This document shows positions 38,944 to 52,097 of a stretch of 64,000 nucleotides of DNA, in pieces. Positions within the stretch are counted from its first letter, which is position 1. The number at the start of each line of letters is the position of its first letter. Below the pieces are notes generated by a model. The model did no database searches and was not told the DNA's origin. It worked only from the letters and a program-made list of their open reading frames with translations. The position numbers and the translations under genes were made by a program. This DNA comes from Podarcis bocagei (lineage: Eukaryota). The stretch lies in NCBI GenBank assembly GCA_964188305.1, contig OZ076886.1, one strand, 5' to 3'.

Positions 38944-41900
38944 AAATAGTCAGCACTGGTTTTGAACCCGTGGATCAGGGGTTAGGACCATCAGGTTGAA
39001 AGGCCAAATGTGCCCCTCCACCCCTCACTGTCTGGTCATTCTCTCCAGGCCACACTCCTCATTAGCTCTACTTCATACCTTCCTTGAAGCTTTTGCCTGG
39101 CTGGATTGTGTCCTTGAATTCTTATAATGTCTCTTGCTTCTCTGAGTGGATACAGAGAGGTATGTGAGTTTATGTAGATGCTAACCTATGGTATGAAAGT
39201 AAAATTTGCATCTAACGCTCTCACTGTGTTTGTCTCTGGCCCTGCCTACCACTGGCACATGGCCTCTGGAAGGTTGCCTAGAAGGGAATACAGCTCTTGG
39301 GTTGAAAACAATTCCCCATCCCTGCCATCTAACTTACCTGTAGCAAACATGTGCAATGGAAGCGACAAGTGTGTATTCTGAAAACACCCAGGTGCAACTC
39401 AGTCAAGCCATGGTATTCTCAACCTTCATGCAAAGTATGAGGCCACCTTTGGAAGCCATAAGCATTTCAGTTACAAAAGGGAAGAGACTTATTGGCTTAT
39501 CACATCTAGCAGTTGTACCTAGAATACAGATTCTGTCCTTATTACTCTTCTGACTTGTCAATGAGTTCTAAACTTTTTCCTGCCCAAAACACTTTAACGT
39601 GGACAATTCTGTCAAAGAAATTTGTGCAAAACATGAAACTAGTTTTTTTCAAAAAAGTTTTAGCATTATTTTCAGCACCTGGTTTTAGAGATTTTGGAGG
39701 ACCAAAATGCTAGTTAACAACACGAGGTATACATGCCCATATTTTCCTTCTCATAAGATACCATCAGGGCTAAATTAGATATGTTAAATGTTTGAAAGCA
39801 ATTAACTTGCACACTTTGGGTTATGTAAATAGCAGTCATAGCAAAGCCTGAGTAGCCAAAGGCGTCATGGGGGAGGGGAGAGTTTCACACTTTCCCCCTG
39901 CCAGGTCTGACAAAAATCACATATCTGATGCTATTGTTCACATTTCTAGAGAAGCTTCAACTTGGAGATAAAAAATGTGCACATTAATTGCATTCACACA
40001 ATTAACACTATGTCTAGTTTAACCCTCAAAGAAGTCCCAAACAATGACAAATTGTATCCAGATGTTTTACTCTTAGAAAACTTGCTTTTTATTCTTCTTG
40101 ATGATGTAGGGGACCATGAGGATTATTTTCCTCAAAATTACAAACTTTCTGGAAGCAAGTTCCCTTCTCTCTCGTTTGTATCTGTGAGTTCTTGCTCCTA
40201 CCATTTTTTTTTACTGTCTTACAGAAGGTGGCCTTTCAAGCAGAGAGTGGTATTTATAGAAAGATCTTTTTTTCTGTCTGCTGCCTGGTGTACAGAACAC
40301 TTTAGAGTCAAGACTTGAAATGCACAAAAGAATCATCTGCTCTATTAATAGCTTTCAAAAACAACTTTAGCATTCAAGACCGTGGTGCCAGATTACGAAA
40401 ACTGTTTCATGCTATGAATGTGTCCTTATGAAAGAATTCATGTCCAGTAGCTAACTGGTTACGCAGTGATACTTTGCTTCCGCACATTACATAAGCGTGT
40501 TGGCAAATACTAGTCCATATCACTGCCAGCTAGCTTGTCAGTCTATTTTAAGACAGAGTTACCTATCCCCCATCCTGTAGCCAACAGTCAAAATTTCATA
40601 TTTGTGGCCACTGTGAAGGGAGGTCTTCTGCGTTCATTACAAAGTTTTCTTCCCCTCAGTACTGTGAACAAACTCTCAAAGGTAAATTGATTATGGAGTT
40701 ATAATTCTATAGAAGACATGCCATATTGCACTGAACCCTAAACTATGAATTCAATGCTGTCCATTTTGAGGATGGCCATATGCCAAGCAGAGTCATTTTG
40801 TGGTAGTGCCCATGGTGCAACCTTAAAATTTCAGAAATGCTCATGGGCCCCAGAAGGTTGAGGACCCCTCTTAGGGCCTACATATTTTATTTATACATGT
40901 CCAGGCAGGGGGTGGTGGTAAGGGATGATGTATTAAAACTACTTTCAGTAATGAGCCATTAACTCCCCACCAGTATTTACAAGAGTTAAAAAGAAATACT
41001 TCCCTCAGAAACGTCATTTCCTGAACACACCAAATTTGCTCAGGTGCAGTAAAAAAACACCACTATATAGTACTTTGAACGTTAAATGTACATTAGAAAT
41101 GAACTATGGAAACAGGTGAATTTGATTTTCATTTTATCATGGCTATGAATGAAAACACTTTCTCTTTCTCCTAAAAACTTGAAATCCAAACAGAACAGAA
41201 AGTGAAATAGCTAAGAAATTATGCAACTGATACATGTTCCAAAAAACAAACAAACAAACAAAAACCCCTGGAGGTCAATCTAGTACAAACTTTTAGTAGG
41301 GGAATAGTTTAGAGGCAAGGATTGGGAAATCTTCAATGATCAAATTATTTTCAATTTGTGCTCTAATTCTGAAGCTAACAATCAGTAGGGTGATTTTTTA
41401 ATCTTGCGTTTTTAGCTGTCTGCTGTTGGTACTGCCTCTATTCTGGCTTGATCATGAGGTAACTAGGAAATTTAGCATCCAGCAATTTGAGGAGGGAAGG
41501 TGGAGGATGCCTCCATTCCAGTTAATGCAGGTAAGGGGAGAATACTGGAATTACAGGAGTGACAGGAATTGCTGGTGCCAGTGAAAAGGTCAGCTAAACA
41601 TTTGCCTAGGCCTTCTTCTAAGTCCTTTTCCCAGCCATGGCTCAAGATGCCTTGCTAACTTGTTCTTGGACTCACAAGGTATTGCTGCTTAATAATTAAG
41701 AAAATTTGATTTGATTATGGATGATGAAGCTATCCTGAGTTGTATCACCAAGACATGGATCGATAAGCTGAGAGCAGATCCCTCTCAGTTGTGTACATCT
41801 GAGCAGTCTGTGCAGAACTACCACAGATTGGGCATTGCCATGGGCTATAAAGATCCCATCTGTCTCTGCACGTTTCTGAATGGATTCCAGTTCTGAGCAT

Positions 41901-42629
41901 TTGTACCTGGTGTTCATAATTCTAATAGTGCTCCAACAACTCGGTCTAACAGTCTCCTTGTCTAAACTTAGGTGGTCTTAGATTGGTGCTCAGAACTCCC
42001 CTGCACATGGACCTCAACATGCTGAGGCTGCTATGACAATCATGGGGGCTGTACAGATCAAATATTTTACTTGGGTTTTCTCATTTGGTCTAGGAGGGTG
42101 GTTTAATTTGATTTCCTAGTCAAAGCCACTACTTCCTGTTGAGGTTCAGGCTGATAACAGCCATCCCTCTCTGAAGGGTGGTGTACCAATGTGAACAGCC
42201 TGACCCTGAAGATCACTCAAGAAACCTCCTGAGGAGGTTTTCATTGGCAAAGCTGGTTCCACACAGAGATGAGTCTGGGACTGGACATGGTTGCTCCTAA
42301 ACATCCTCTTCTACTAGTCACAGCTCAATGATTTTTCAGTGAGCTGGAAGTAATGAAACGAAAGGATGATGAAACCGAGAAAAGGATAGGGACATAGATG
42401 GTGGAAAACTCAAAGAGTTTGATGACATATGGCTAAAACACACAATCAAGCCTACTCTGTGAGAGATGGTAGTGAAGAAACAATGCTTCAGCCGTTATTG
42501 CACCTGTCCAGTGCCATTCAATAGAACTTTCCTGACTAATTTAGGATCCACTGCAATCTGGCCACCAGGAAGACATTAAGGAACCATCAAAAGCCACCTA
42601 TGACATGCTTAATAAGCACTTAAAGCATG

Positions 42630-42760
42630 GGTGTATAATCTGCGCTCCTCCAGATGTTGTTGGACTACAAATCACATCAGCCACAGCCAGCACAGCCAGT
42701 GGTCAAGGAGGACATGCTGTAGTTCAACAACATCTGGAGGGCCTCAGGTTAGCCACCTTT
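42630..42760. mobile_element. Palindromic short MITE-like repeat
   Basis: CTCCAGATGTTGTTGGACTACA...TGTAGTTCAACAACATCTGGAG; related copies near 48770-48860 and 55885-55975. Confidence 0.7.
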
Positions 42761-44039
42761 TAAACGATAAAATTACTTGTAATCACTGTGACTTATGTCT
42801 CTGTTAACACAGTTCAGTCATCATATGTGCCCAGGTGCTGAGTAAAGAGTGGCTTGCCATATGTGACAGGAGTTGCCCTGTCCTCCTGGCCACTGCTCCT
42901 GGATGAGATTTTTTTAAAGATACTGACTGCTATGCCATTTAATATTCAGAATTTCTATGTGGTGCACATAAAATGTTTTAAAGGCCTTACAAAGAATAAA
43001 AACAATTAAAATTTATCACAGAAACGGAATTTGGAGGAAGAGTACTTCCAGAAGGCATGTCAACCAGTCAGCCAGCTGCTGCTTTTCTAGACAGCCAGAA
43101 TCTGCTTAGACACAACGATATAACTGTGCTATAAGAACTGTGACTTTAAAATTTGTGCTTGCTTTCCCATCCTCCCACTTATTCTTTTTTTCTCATGTGT
43201 CATCTCTTTTTAAATTGTGACTCTGAGGGCAGGAGCCAATTCACTACTGATTTTTGCAAGCTGCTCCGAGAGCCTTTTTGGCTAAATTGTGGGGTATAAC
43301 TATCTTAAATAAGTAAATAATTGTTCCTCCATTGCCCCTCACTGCTCAGGGCCCAAGAGGTAATGAGCGCCTCTTCATGATAAGTGGCAATCATGAGGAT
43401 GCTCCTGAAAAACAAAAATACTAAATTCTTTACAGTATTAGGAAAAAATCTCTTTAAGGAACAGAAGATGTTTTCTTCTTGAATGATGCACTTAAAGTTC
43501 TCATCAAACCACTAAAAAGTGCTAAAGAACAATGGTATAAGTTGGTTTTCCAGTGCACTGGTTGTCTCCAGTTGCCTCAAACATGACTGAGATTCTATTC
43601 CCAAGCAAGGAATATGATACCTTGCTATGGCAGGCATAAAAGCTGCCAAAGAAAGAAAAGGATTATTTTGTAAATTGAAATAATGCAGAACTGCAATTCA
43701 TATAGAGAAATCCCTCCTCACTACAACCCCACTATGCACTGCTAACAAGTACTGTAACAGGTAAGCAAAATTGCCTGCACTTACAGCGTCACCCAGCTTC
43801 TTTTCAGTGTTGGCATATGATTACGGTATTTAAAGAGTACCTCCTGCTCCCAGTGTTACACGTAATGAAAGCACCTCACTTCCATGCAACTAGGACAATG
43901 TACCAGGAGGTGTACAGACTAAATCCTGCACCCTGTAATTAGACAAAGAAGCAAAAGGTTTGGGAGTCTTTTGATTCTTCCATAATACAGTACTTAATAT
44001 TCTCTGATCGAGCCCTTAAAAAGTTTTAACTTGACATTA

Positions 44040-44280
44040 CAGTGGTACCTCAGTTCAAGAACAGTCCTGTTTACGAACGATTCGGTTTACGAACTCCGCA
44101 AAACTGGAAGTAGTGTATTGGTTTGCAAACTTTACCTCGGTCTAAGAATGGAATCCGAACGGTGGAAGGGCACCGGCAGTGGCAGGCCTCATTAGGGAAA
44201 GCGTGCCTCCATTTAAGAATGGTTTCAGTTTAAGAATGGACTTCCGGAACAGATTAAGTTCATAAACCAAGGTACCACTG
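44040..44280. mobile_element. Tc1/mariner MITE
   Basis: TIR CAGTGGTACCT, TA TSD. Confidence 0.9.
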
Positions 44281-44489
44281 TACTTGTATTGCTTTTGCAA
44301 GTGAGCAAGCCTGCAATACAGGTTAGCATTCTAATTTTACAGAAAGAAAACCAAACAAAAATAAAGAGCACATGGCATACTACTGCGCTCTACCAATACT
44401 CAATTACAAATGTTAAGTTTAAAAACAAGTAAAGAAAGGAACCTAGAATTGAGGGAATCCACAGTACGAAGCAAATCTGCAACACAGAA

Positions 44490-44755
44490 CAGCAGAACCT
44501 GCCTTATATGGAATCAAACAACTGGTCTATCTAGCTTGCATTGTCAATACCAACCAGCAGCTGTTCTCCAGGGTTTCATAAAATAGACATAGGAACATAG
44601 GAAGACCACTGGTCCATCTTACAATGGCTGTAGGTCTCCAGGGCTTCAGGCAGAAGTGTTTCCCAGCCCTACATAAAGATGCTGAAGACTGAAGCCCTAC
44701 ATAAAGATGCTGAAGACTGAAGACTGTGGAGATGCTCTACCACCAAGCTACAGCT
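44490..44755 (-). mobile_element. Two adjacent degraded Squam3-like SINE fragments
   Basis: Repeated CTGGTC(T/C)ATCT...CTCCAGGG(T/C)TTCA segments; internal 28-bp tandem duplication. Confidence 0.6.
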
Positions 44756-45157
44756 CTTTGTCAAACTCTTGTTTGTTTAGGAACCGCTGCATCACATGCA
44801 ACAATGACTGTATATGTGGCAAAGAGTAAGGTACCAGAGCCAAAGCAGCAGCTTTAAACTCAAGCAGCAACTCCTTGGACTCAGCCATAGTAAATTCCAC
44901 ACAAGATACTGGCTGGACAGACTTCATTTGGAAGTATTGCACCATATGCAGGATAGGAAGTCTGAGAGATAAATGGGACAAAAAGGAATCTTACAAGAAG
45001 CTTGCACAAAAAATTGAGGTTGCTTCAGTGACCTCTGCAGAGATAATGCCGTCTGTCCAGTACTGGTTGCAGAAGAGAAGGTAGCCCTTCTACATCATCA
45101 CAAAATACAGGCATTTAAAATAAAAACACATTAACCTCTCTGGTTTATATCTTAAGA

Positions 45158-45495
45158 CAGTGGTTCCCATACCCCTTCTCATCACTTAAAAATTCTTGAG
45201 GGTCTTGGCAGACCACTTTATGATTTTTCTGCCTGTGGTACCAGCTGCAATACACTGTGCTAGATGCTGTATAATTTTAATTGCATTTTTATTGGGGGGT
45301 TTTGTTTATTATATTCTTTTCTTATATTGCACCTTATTGTATTACATTCTGAGTTCAAATTGCAATAAAATAAAATACAATATAATAAAAATACAATTAA
45401 AAATCAATGCAAATATTTAATGCAGACATACTACGAACCACCTGAATGAAGCTCACCGACCACTGGTGGGCCACAGACCAGTTTAGGAACTCCTG
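45158..45495. mobile_element. Probable hAT-type non-autonomous DNA transposon
   Basis: CAGTGGTTCCCA...GGAACTCCTG termini, AT-rich interior. Confidence 0.55.
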
Positions 45496-48243
45496 CTTTG
45501 AAGGCATTGATCCTGAACAGCAATATAGAAGCCACTTAAATAAATAAAATCACTGAACTATAGCAAGACATATATACCTTGTCTCTTTAACTGTATTCAT
45601 TTTCTTCCATCCCTGGACTTGGTTATGTGTCTCAATAATGATTTATAATGGTGCACATTTTTCCTGCATGGTGTTTCTTTTTAAAGCAACGAAATTGTAT
45701 TTAGCTTTATAAGGGCTTGCTGCAGGTATAGACATTCCTTTGCTTCTGCAAGGACATAAATATACCGTGAACGGTTTTAGTATTCACACGAGTTCCAAAT
45801 ATTAAATAATAATAGAAAAAATTACATGGAGCATGATTATTGCAACTCGTGTGAATACTAAAACCGTTCACGTGAAAAGGAACTGCCCCCTTTTCCAGAG
45901 AGAAAGGTGACGGGTAGATAGGAAACCGCCCCAATAATGGAAATGTGCTTCTCTAAAAACTCATGGCAACTGTGACCTGACTCGCGCCTGCTTTTTGCTG
46001 CATGCCCACATGCCTGCCCCAACATACTTTGGCGGCGGCAAAACAGAGTTGGCATGGCTTTTTTTCACTGCAGGAAAAGGAGCATTAAATCCAAGTTGTC
46101 CCTTCAGCCTACAGAAACTTGCTCTACCCAGGGCTCGCCTGCTCTACGGGGTGGGGAGGGGGCCTTCAGTAACCTCTTAAACTCCTGCCCCTTTTTATTT
46201 TATCTCCCGATGCCACAGCCCCACTCGGCTAGGCTGACCCACTAACACACCTCCCATCCAACATGGCCGCCCCACCAAACGCACCGAAACACAGCCGATC
46301 GAGTTGTCACTTGGCCCCACCCCCTCCCTGGTCGCATTGGCCCGCCTAATTCCAAACCCCGCTGCCATTGGGCTGGGTCCCCGTCAGTCTCTCTGCCCAG
46401 TGGCCTCCCCCAAGCTAGCATGAGGCGACATGTAAACAATTCACTTTCTGGATGTTCCGAAGCAAGCGGGACTCCGCCGGCCCACGCCCTCCGTCCTCCC
46501 CAAGCCAAGGGCGGGGAAGGGATCCGGGGGGAGGAGGGGAAGGAAGCCCCCCCAGGCACCTGACCCGCGAGGGCAGCGACATTCTTTAGCCACAAGATCA
46601 CTTACGAAAGTCATAAGGAGTGGGTGGAAGAGAAGGCAGCTGTGACCTGCCTTTGGGGGTGGGGTGGGAAAGAGGAGTAGTGGAGAGCAGGAACGAGAGG
46701 GGGATCCGAACAGACTGCATGTCCCCCTGAATGAAAGGGGTGCCGGCAAGCCTCCGCCCCCTCCCCTTGTGGGGCCAAACTCAGTTGTCTCTTTCCCAAA
46801 GTCCTATCATTGCAACGAAACTGAGGATTTCTCTCGCACCTCACAGGGACGCAGAGTATCACGAGACTGAACTGACCGATTTTCATCCTTTTCTGCCAAC
46901 GCCTCTTTTGCATAAGACGACAAATACAACATTTCTTTCTTGGACTCCGCACCGTTTACTTGGTTTCCACGTTCTACTCTCTTGGCTGGACCGTGGCAAA
47001 GACAAGAGGACTCAGGCAATGTCCCGAGAGGTTTCACTTCCCCACCCCTCATGCAGTCTAAGCAGGCAATAAAATGGGAACACGTGTAGCCTTTAGGTGT
47101 AACACGATTTGAAGCAGAAGGATTCTGGAAGTTTTTGTCTCCTAATCTTGACGGCTATTTAGTAATAATTCATCATTAACGATTTTTCCTTCGTTCCTTT
47201 TGCAACGACTTCTGGCAAAACATTCATCCTTAAAGGATTCTGCTTTTCTGGGAGACGAAAGATCTGAACCGACAGAACTGCACAACTCAAGATCTTAGCT
47301 CCTTTCGTTTTAGATACCTACCCCAGGCTGAGAGGAAACGTGTGGACGACTGCGAAAACGAGGCAAACAGCTTCTTATCATCCTCCACCTTGTCATAAAC
47401 ATATCAAGCCACCTTTTGAAACAACCAGGTTGAACTACGTCTCTCAAGATGGAAATAGGGCAGAAGGTAAGCACTGGATTATTCTAACTATCATTACAGA
47501 AGTCCACAGTATCACCACACCTACCACCAGCTACCTCCTACATCTTACAAGGAAAAGGAAACTTACAAAATCAAAAGCTTCCCCAAACTCCCCTTTCCCC
47601 ACACTTCTCCCTCCCATGCTCCTCTGCAGTCCTAGGAGAAGGCAAAGCCTCCCAGCGAGACAACCAAGAAAGTACACGCCCCTTTCTTCCATATCCTTTC
47701 CCATGTAGGGGCGAGAGGCCAAAAGAAACCAGAACTGCTTTCGCTGCAGGAATCCTGCACAATCGCTGCTAGGATTAAGGGGACGCTCCGGGGGCGCGCA
47801 GCCCCTTGCCCTCCTTCCTTGAGTAAAGACCACACACCAAGCCTAATCCTCCAGCCAGCAGTTGCTCCCGCAGCTGCCTCCACGCCCCCTTTCCGAAGCA
47901 AAAGCTGCGGCAGAACAAACAGCAACTTTAGATCTCTCCTCCCGACACGATCGCTCTTTCCCCACGCAGCCTCCCCAGCAGAGGACTCTCGCCTCCCGGG
48001 GGCAACAGCAATACAAACTCCCCGCACCCCCCAAAAAAGGGGGTGCACGGCAACCCCGCCTCTCCTCCTGCCTCCCACCAGCCCGGGCCTTTTCGGAGAG
48101 CTGCTGTTACTTTCAGCTCTGCTTCTCTGTCCTCCTTCCGCGCTGGGGCATTACGGCCACCGCTTCACCCCCTTCAAGCTCCTGCCCCCCACCCTCCGCC
48201 TCGGGGGTTCCAGCCTTTTCCGCCTCACCCTTCGGTCCCTTAC

Positions 48244-48385
48244 CTGGCGCCCCGTCCCAGCGGGGTAATGGGGGGTGTCTCAGTGGGGGCCCCCACTTCT
48301 GCTGAGGCTCCAGCCCTGGCCCGGCCCCTCCATGCCGCTCTGGGGTTTGTTTTGTTTATGTCCCTTCCTGACGGGTTCCCGGAAA
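48244..48385 (-). other. CREBRF: CREBRF non-coding exon 1 (5'UTR)
   Basis: CAG|GTAAGG donor after 48244; GTCAGGAAGGGACATAAACAAAACAAACCC resembles my recollection of the mammalian CREBRF 5' end; TSS approximate. Confidence 0.8.
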
Positions 48386-48700
48386 TCGCGTGACTCGCCC
48401 CCATCACGTGGGCTTTTTATTTAAAAAAAAAACCGGGGGAGGGGAAAGAGAAAAGCAAAGCCAGGAGAAGGCAGAAAGTGAGGAAGCCAAGGCCACCAAT
48501 CAGAGAGCGAGGAGCCGAGAGCCAATCAGCGGCCGCAGAAACTGTTTTCCCTTCTCACGTGACCGCTTCAAGTGAGAAGGGCGGGGGAGGATAGAAGGAA
48601 GGGAACGTTCTGTTCTCAGCTCGGAGTGACGGCGGCGAGCCCGAGAGAGGCACGGCGGCGGCAGCTGCTAGTTTCGAGCCGCACGGCGAGCTCGCGGGAG
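48386..48700 (-). promoter_or_regulatory. CREBRF CpG-island promoter
   Basis: TCGCGTGAC 48386-48394, CACGTG 48405-48410, CCAAT 48496 and 48522, TCACGTGAC 48555-48563, GC box; CpG-rich. Confidence 0.85.
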
Positions 48701-49217
48701 AAAGGAAGAAGTGGGATCAAACTCGTTTCTCTGCATTCGGCCAAGCATTTGCTATGGCAGGGATAGGTTACCTGTGGTCCTCCAGGTATTTATGGACTAC
48801 AGTTCCCATCATCACTGGCTGACTGGGACTGGTGGAATCCATTGTCTGCAGGCCACACTATACAGCGATAATTTATAGGAAATAGATTCATGGGGTTTTT
48901 TTTTGTTCTAAAGGTACACAACTGAAGATACTGCAGAGCAAAAATGAGCATTCTTCGCAATTGCTTAATTTTGCAAGTGCTTCTAGTGTCATGATGATGT
49001 TCCTCACAGGAAGGCATTAAGAGCTGTGCTTCTGTGGAAATCGCCACCAGGCTTTGGGTTTGGTGCTTCTTTCTCATTGCTTGCTCTTTTGCAAACACGA
49101 CTCTAAGGTGAGTTGCAACATTGTGCCAGTGGATGCAACAGGACTTTCCCTTCCTCCACTGCCTCCTGGCCTGTGCAGTTCCCTATACCCTCCAAAACAG
49201 ATGGGGGCTGTAGGGAA

Positions 49218-49555
49218 GGGACGCGGGTGGCACTGTGGGTTAAACCACAGAGCCTAGGGCTTGCTGATCAGAAGGTTGGCGGTTCGAATCCCCACTATGG
49301 GGTGAGCTCCCATTGCTCGGTCCCTGCTCCTGCCAACCTAGCAGTTTGAAAGCACGTCAAGTAGATAAATAGGTACCGCTCTGGTGGGAAGGTAAATCGT
49401 GTTTCCGTGCGCTGCTCTGGTTCGCCAGAAAGCAGCTTAGTCATGCTGGCCACATGACCAGGTACGCTGGCTCCCTTGGCCAATAAAGCGAGATGAGTGC
49501 CGCAACCCCAGAGTCGTCCATGACTGGACCTAACCATCAGGGGGCCCTTTACCTT
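49218..49555 (+). mobile_element. Sauria SINE upstream of CREBRF
   Basis: GGGACGCGGGTGGC head, GGTTCGAATCC B-box, ACCTTT tail, TSD TAGGGAA (49211-49217 and 49556-49562). Confidence 0.93.
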
Positions 49556-50464
49556 TAGGGAAAGAGAAATGCCCCTTTGTGCACATGGAAGTCTGTTGCA
49601 CAAGCAGGATGCCACAACTGGATGTCACTCTTAGCGGCAAAGGTTTATTAGTTCCCTTCCCCTGTTTTCTAGAGCTAACTGTGGCTATGTCCACTGCAAG
49701 GATTTGAGCTTGTTACCAAACCATACCTCACCTCTTAGTAATCTCACATTCAGTCATCCGTATAACTTTCCTACAGTGCTATTTTTGAAGAGGACCTTAC
49801 AGCAGTCTAATGACTTGTTTACATATGGATTACTTGCTGACTTGTGCACAAACAAGCCTTCCTAATTCCAAACACCCCCCAGCTAGGACTTTCACATCTT
49901 TGTCAGCTCAAGCAACGTTTTGCAATGTGTCTCTTTAAACATTCAACTGCCAGCCATGAGCATGCATGTGTTCAGAATTCCGTTCACAAGCACATGCAAA
50001 AGCACAGCCACTCCCAAGTATTATTCCCACAATACAACATTTGCATGATCACTTTAGAAGTCTGCCATGCACAAAACGTCACAAAAGGTGTTTTGTAACC
50101 ATATTCATTCCTAATATATGCTACTAAGCAAACCAGCTGATAAGCAAATTATATGCGGGTTACCCAGTCACTTCATTATTTCATAAACATTTGTAAATTC
50201 TATCCTGAACTCAATATGGCTTAAGGAACAATTACACTATTTGTACTGCAGTTCCATTCAAACACTATGAAAGTATCCAAGTTCCCATAGTGGGTATTTC
50301 TCACAGCATACACACTTCATGAAGGGTGGGGCAAAACTTCAGTGAAGCAACTGAACTTTTCCACACAGGCATGCAACCAATCATTGTCCTTAACTTTTCA
50401 GATGTTATAAAAGTGCTGAATATGCTTATGCAAGAACAACGTGTTCTAAAGAAAGCCAAAAGAC

Positions 50465-50880
50465 CACATTAAGAAGAAAAGAATTTTATTTCAGATTTGA
50501 GGAACACAATCATATTTCTTAAAGTTATCAGACACAGCATTCAGACTGTGCTTGTAAACTGGATCAGTAGACAGTCTAGTATAAAAATTGGTAAGGCAAA
50601 TAAATGCTCAGAGGCAATTATCAATTCCATCTAGCCACTGTCAGTGCAGAGAAGAGGGATGGAATATTATGTATAATACTTGAAATTCAAGCACAACATT
50701 GTACTGAGTAGAAATATAGGTATCTATTAGGCACTTGCATAGGTGAAAAAACAACAAGATTAGGCAAACATTTATTGTAATAGAACAGACAGTAAGGCAT
50801 TGAGCAGACGTGGTCGGATTCAAAGTACGTTAGAAGGCATCTGGATCAACAGCTTTACATAAAGAAAATCTCTTCATATC
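50465..50880 (-). other. ATP6V0E1: ATP6V0E1 non-coding last exon (3'UTR)
   Basis: Pyrimidine tract plus CAG acceptor at 50883-50881; AATAAA at 50490-50485 and 50776-50771 on the minus strand; 3' end approximate. Confidence 0.7.
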
Positions 50881-52097
50881 CTGCAAAGCAAAAAAGCAGT
50901 TTAGTTTCTTTCAGTGGCATTTTTAATTCAGCTATTAGTTAAATTCTTGCAGGGAGGTGTTAATATACTAAGCATCACTGTTGCTGCAAAGAAAATTTTA
51001 CACTAATAGTTGAAGATCCATTTGGATCTTGAAAGGCTTACTTTCCAGACTCTACTCACTAAAACGTGAACCAATTGTGCAAAATGCAGTAATAAGTCAA
51101 TACAAACTGTCAGCTAGAGTCCACTGGTATTAGCAGTATCAGAAAAAAATAAGAGCAGAAACCAAGTACCTAGTGCCAGAATATCATCTTTGAGCAACAA
51201 GGCTAAATTTTGCCCCCACCTCCAAGTTAATTCCAATTCCTTAGTTACTGATATACCACCAATTTAATTTTCAAGTCAAGTTGTTACTTGGCAGGATGCA
51301 CTGCACTATTACAAGCAAATACAGCCAGGTTCACTGCTGTGTTGCACGAGGCCTTTCTTTGTAAAATACAAGACTACTGCCAACTTGTATGAGTTGCTAA
51401 AAAAAGGGAAACCAGGCTCCCTATGCTCACTGCGGCCTGTCACTATCCCAATTCATTACAACCCTGATCTGAAAACACTAGAGCTTTGTTTCAAGGAAGC
51501 TTAACTGCAGACAATTAAACCATAACATCAGCCACCAGTTGTCCTCTGCTATTCAGCTTTTTCAAACAGAGGAAATTATAGTTATTAAGATGAATCAGAG
51601 CTGCAAGATAAAACAGCAGGTAGAACCCTTTTGAACTATTGAGTTTCACCATTACAGAATCCACATTCCTGAAGTTGCTTCCTGCTGTAATTGTTCGCAT
51701 GGCAAACTTCTTGGTGCATTGAGAGACAAAGACTTACTAAAACAACCCACAGCCCTGTCAGGCCTTAGCCAACATTGCAACAGCAATGTTCAACCACTGA
51801 ACTAAAGCAGAGAGAATGGTATACCCCCCCTTATACAACACATTCCTCATACAGGAAGTTTGGGGGCACAGCTATTTTGTTCAATATTAAATAAGTAGAC
51901 AGAATAAACACTGGATAATTGATTAGTGCCCCTTAGAGCAAAAGCTCTTTTTGACTCCAGGAATAGGAAAGCAATAGGCAGGAAGAAAAGGGAGCCAGCG
52001 CCATTTGTTTGCTTGCATAGGAACAATTGCTTCTCACTCCCATGCAAGCAGACAATTCTTTTATTTTTGAACAAAAACTGAAGGGCACCACATTGGC

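Noticed and set aside
38169-38999. 276-aa ORF as a host gene
   Set aside because: BovB 3' fragment with flanking read-through; lacks the endonuclease and RT catalytic core
47632-48393. Overlapping 116-149 aa ORFs at the CREBRF 5' end
   Set aside because: Low-complexity CpG-island artefacts
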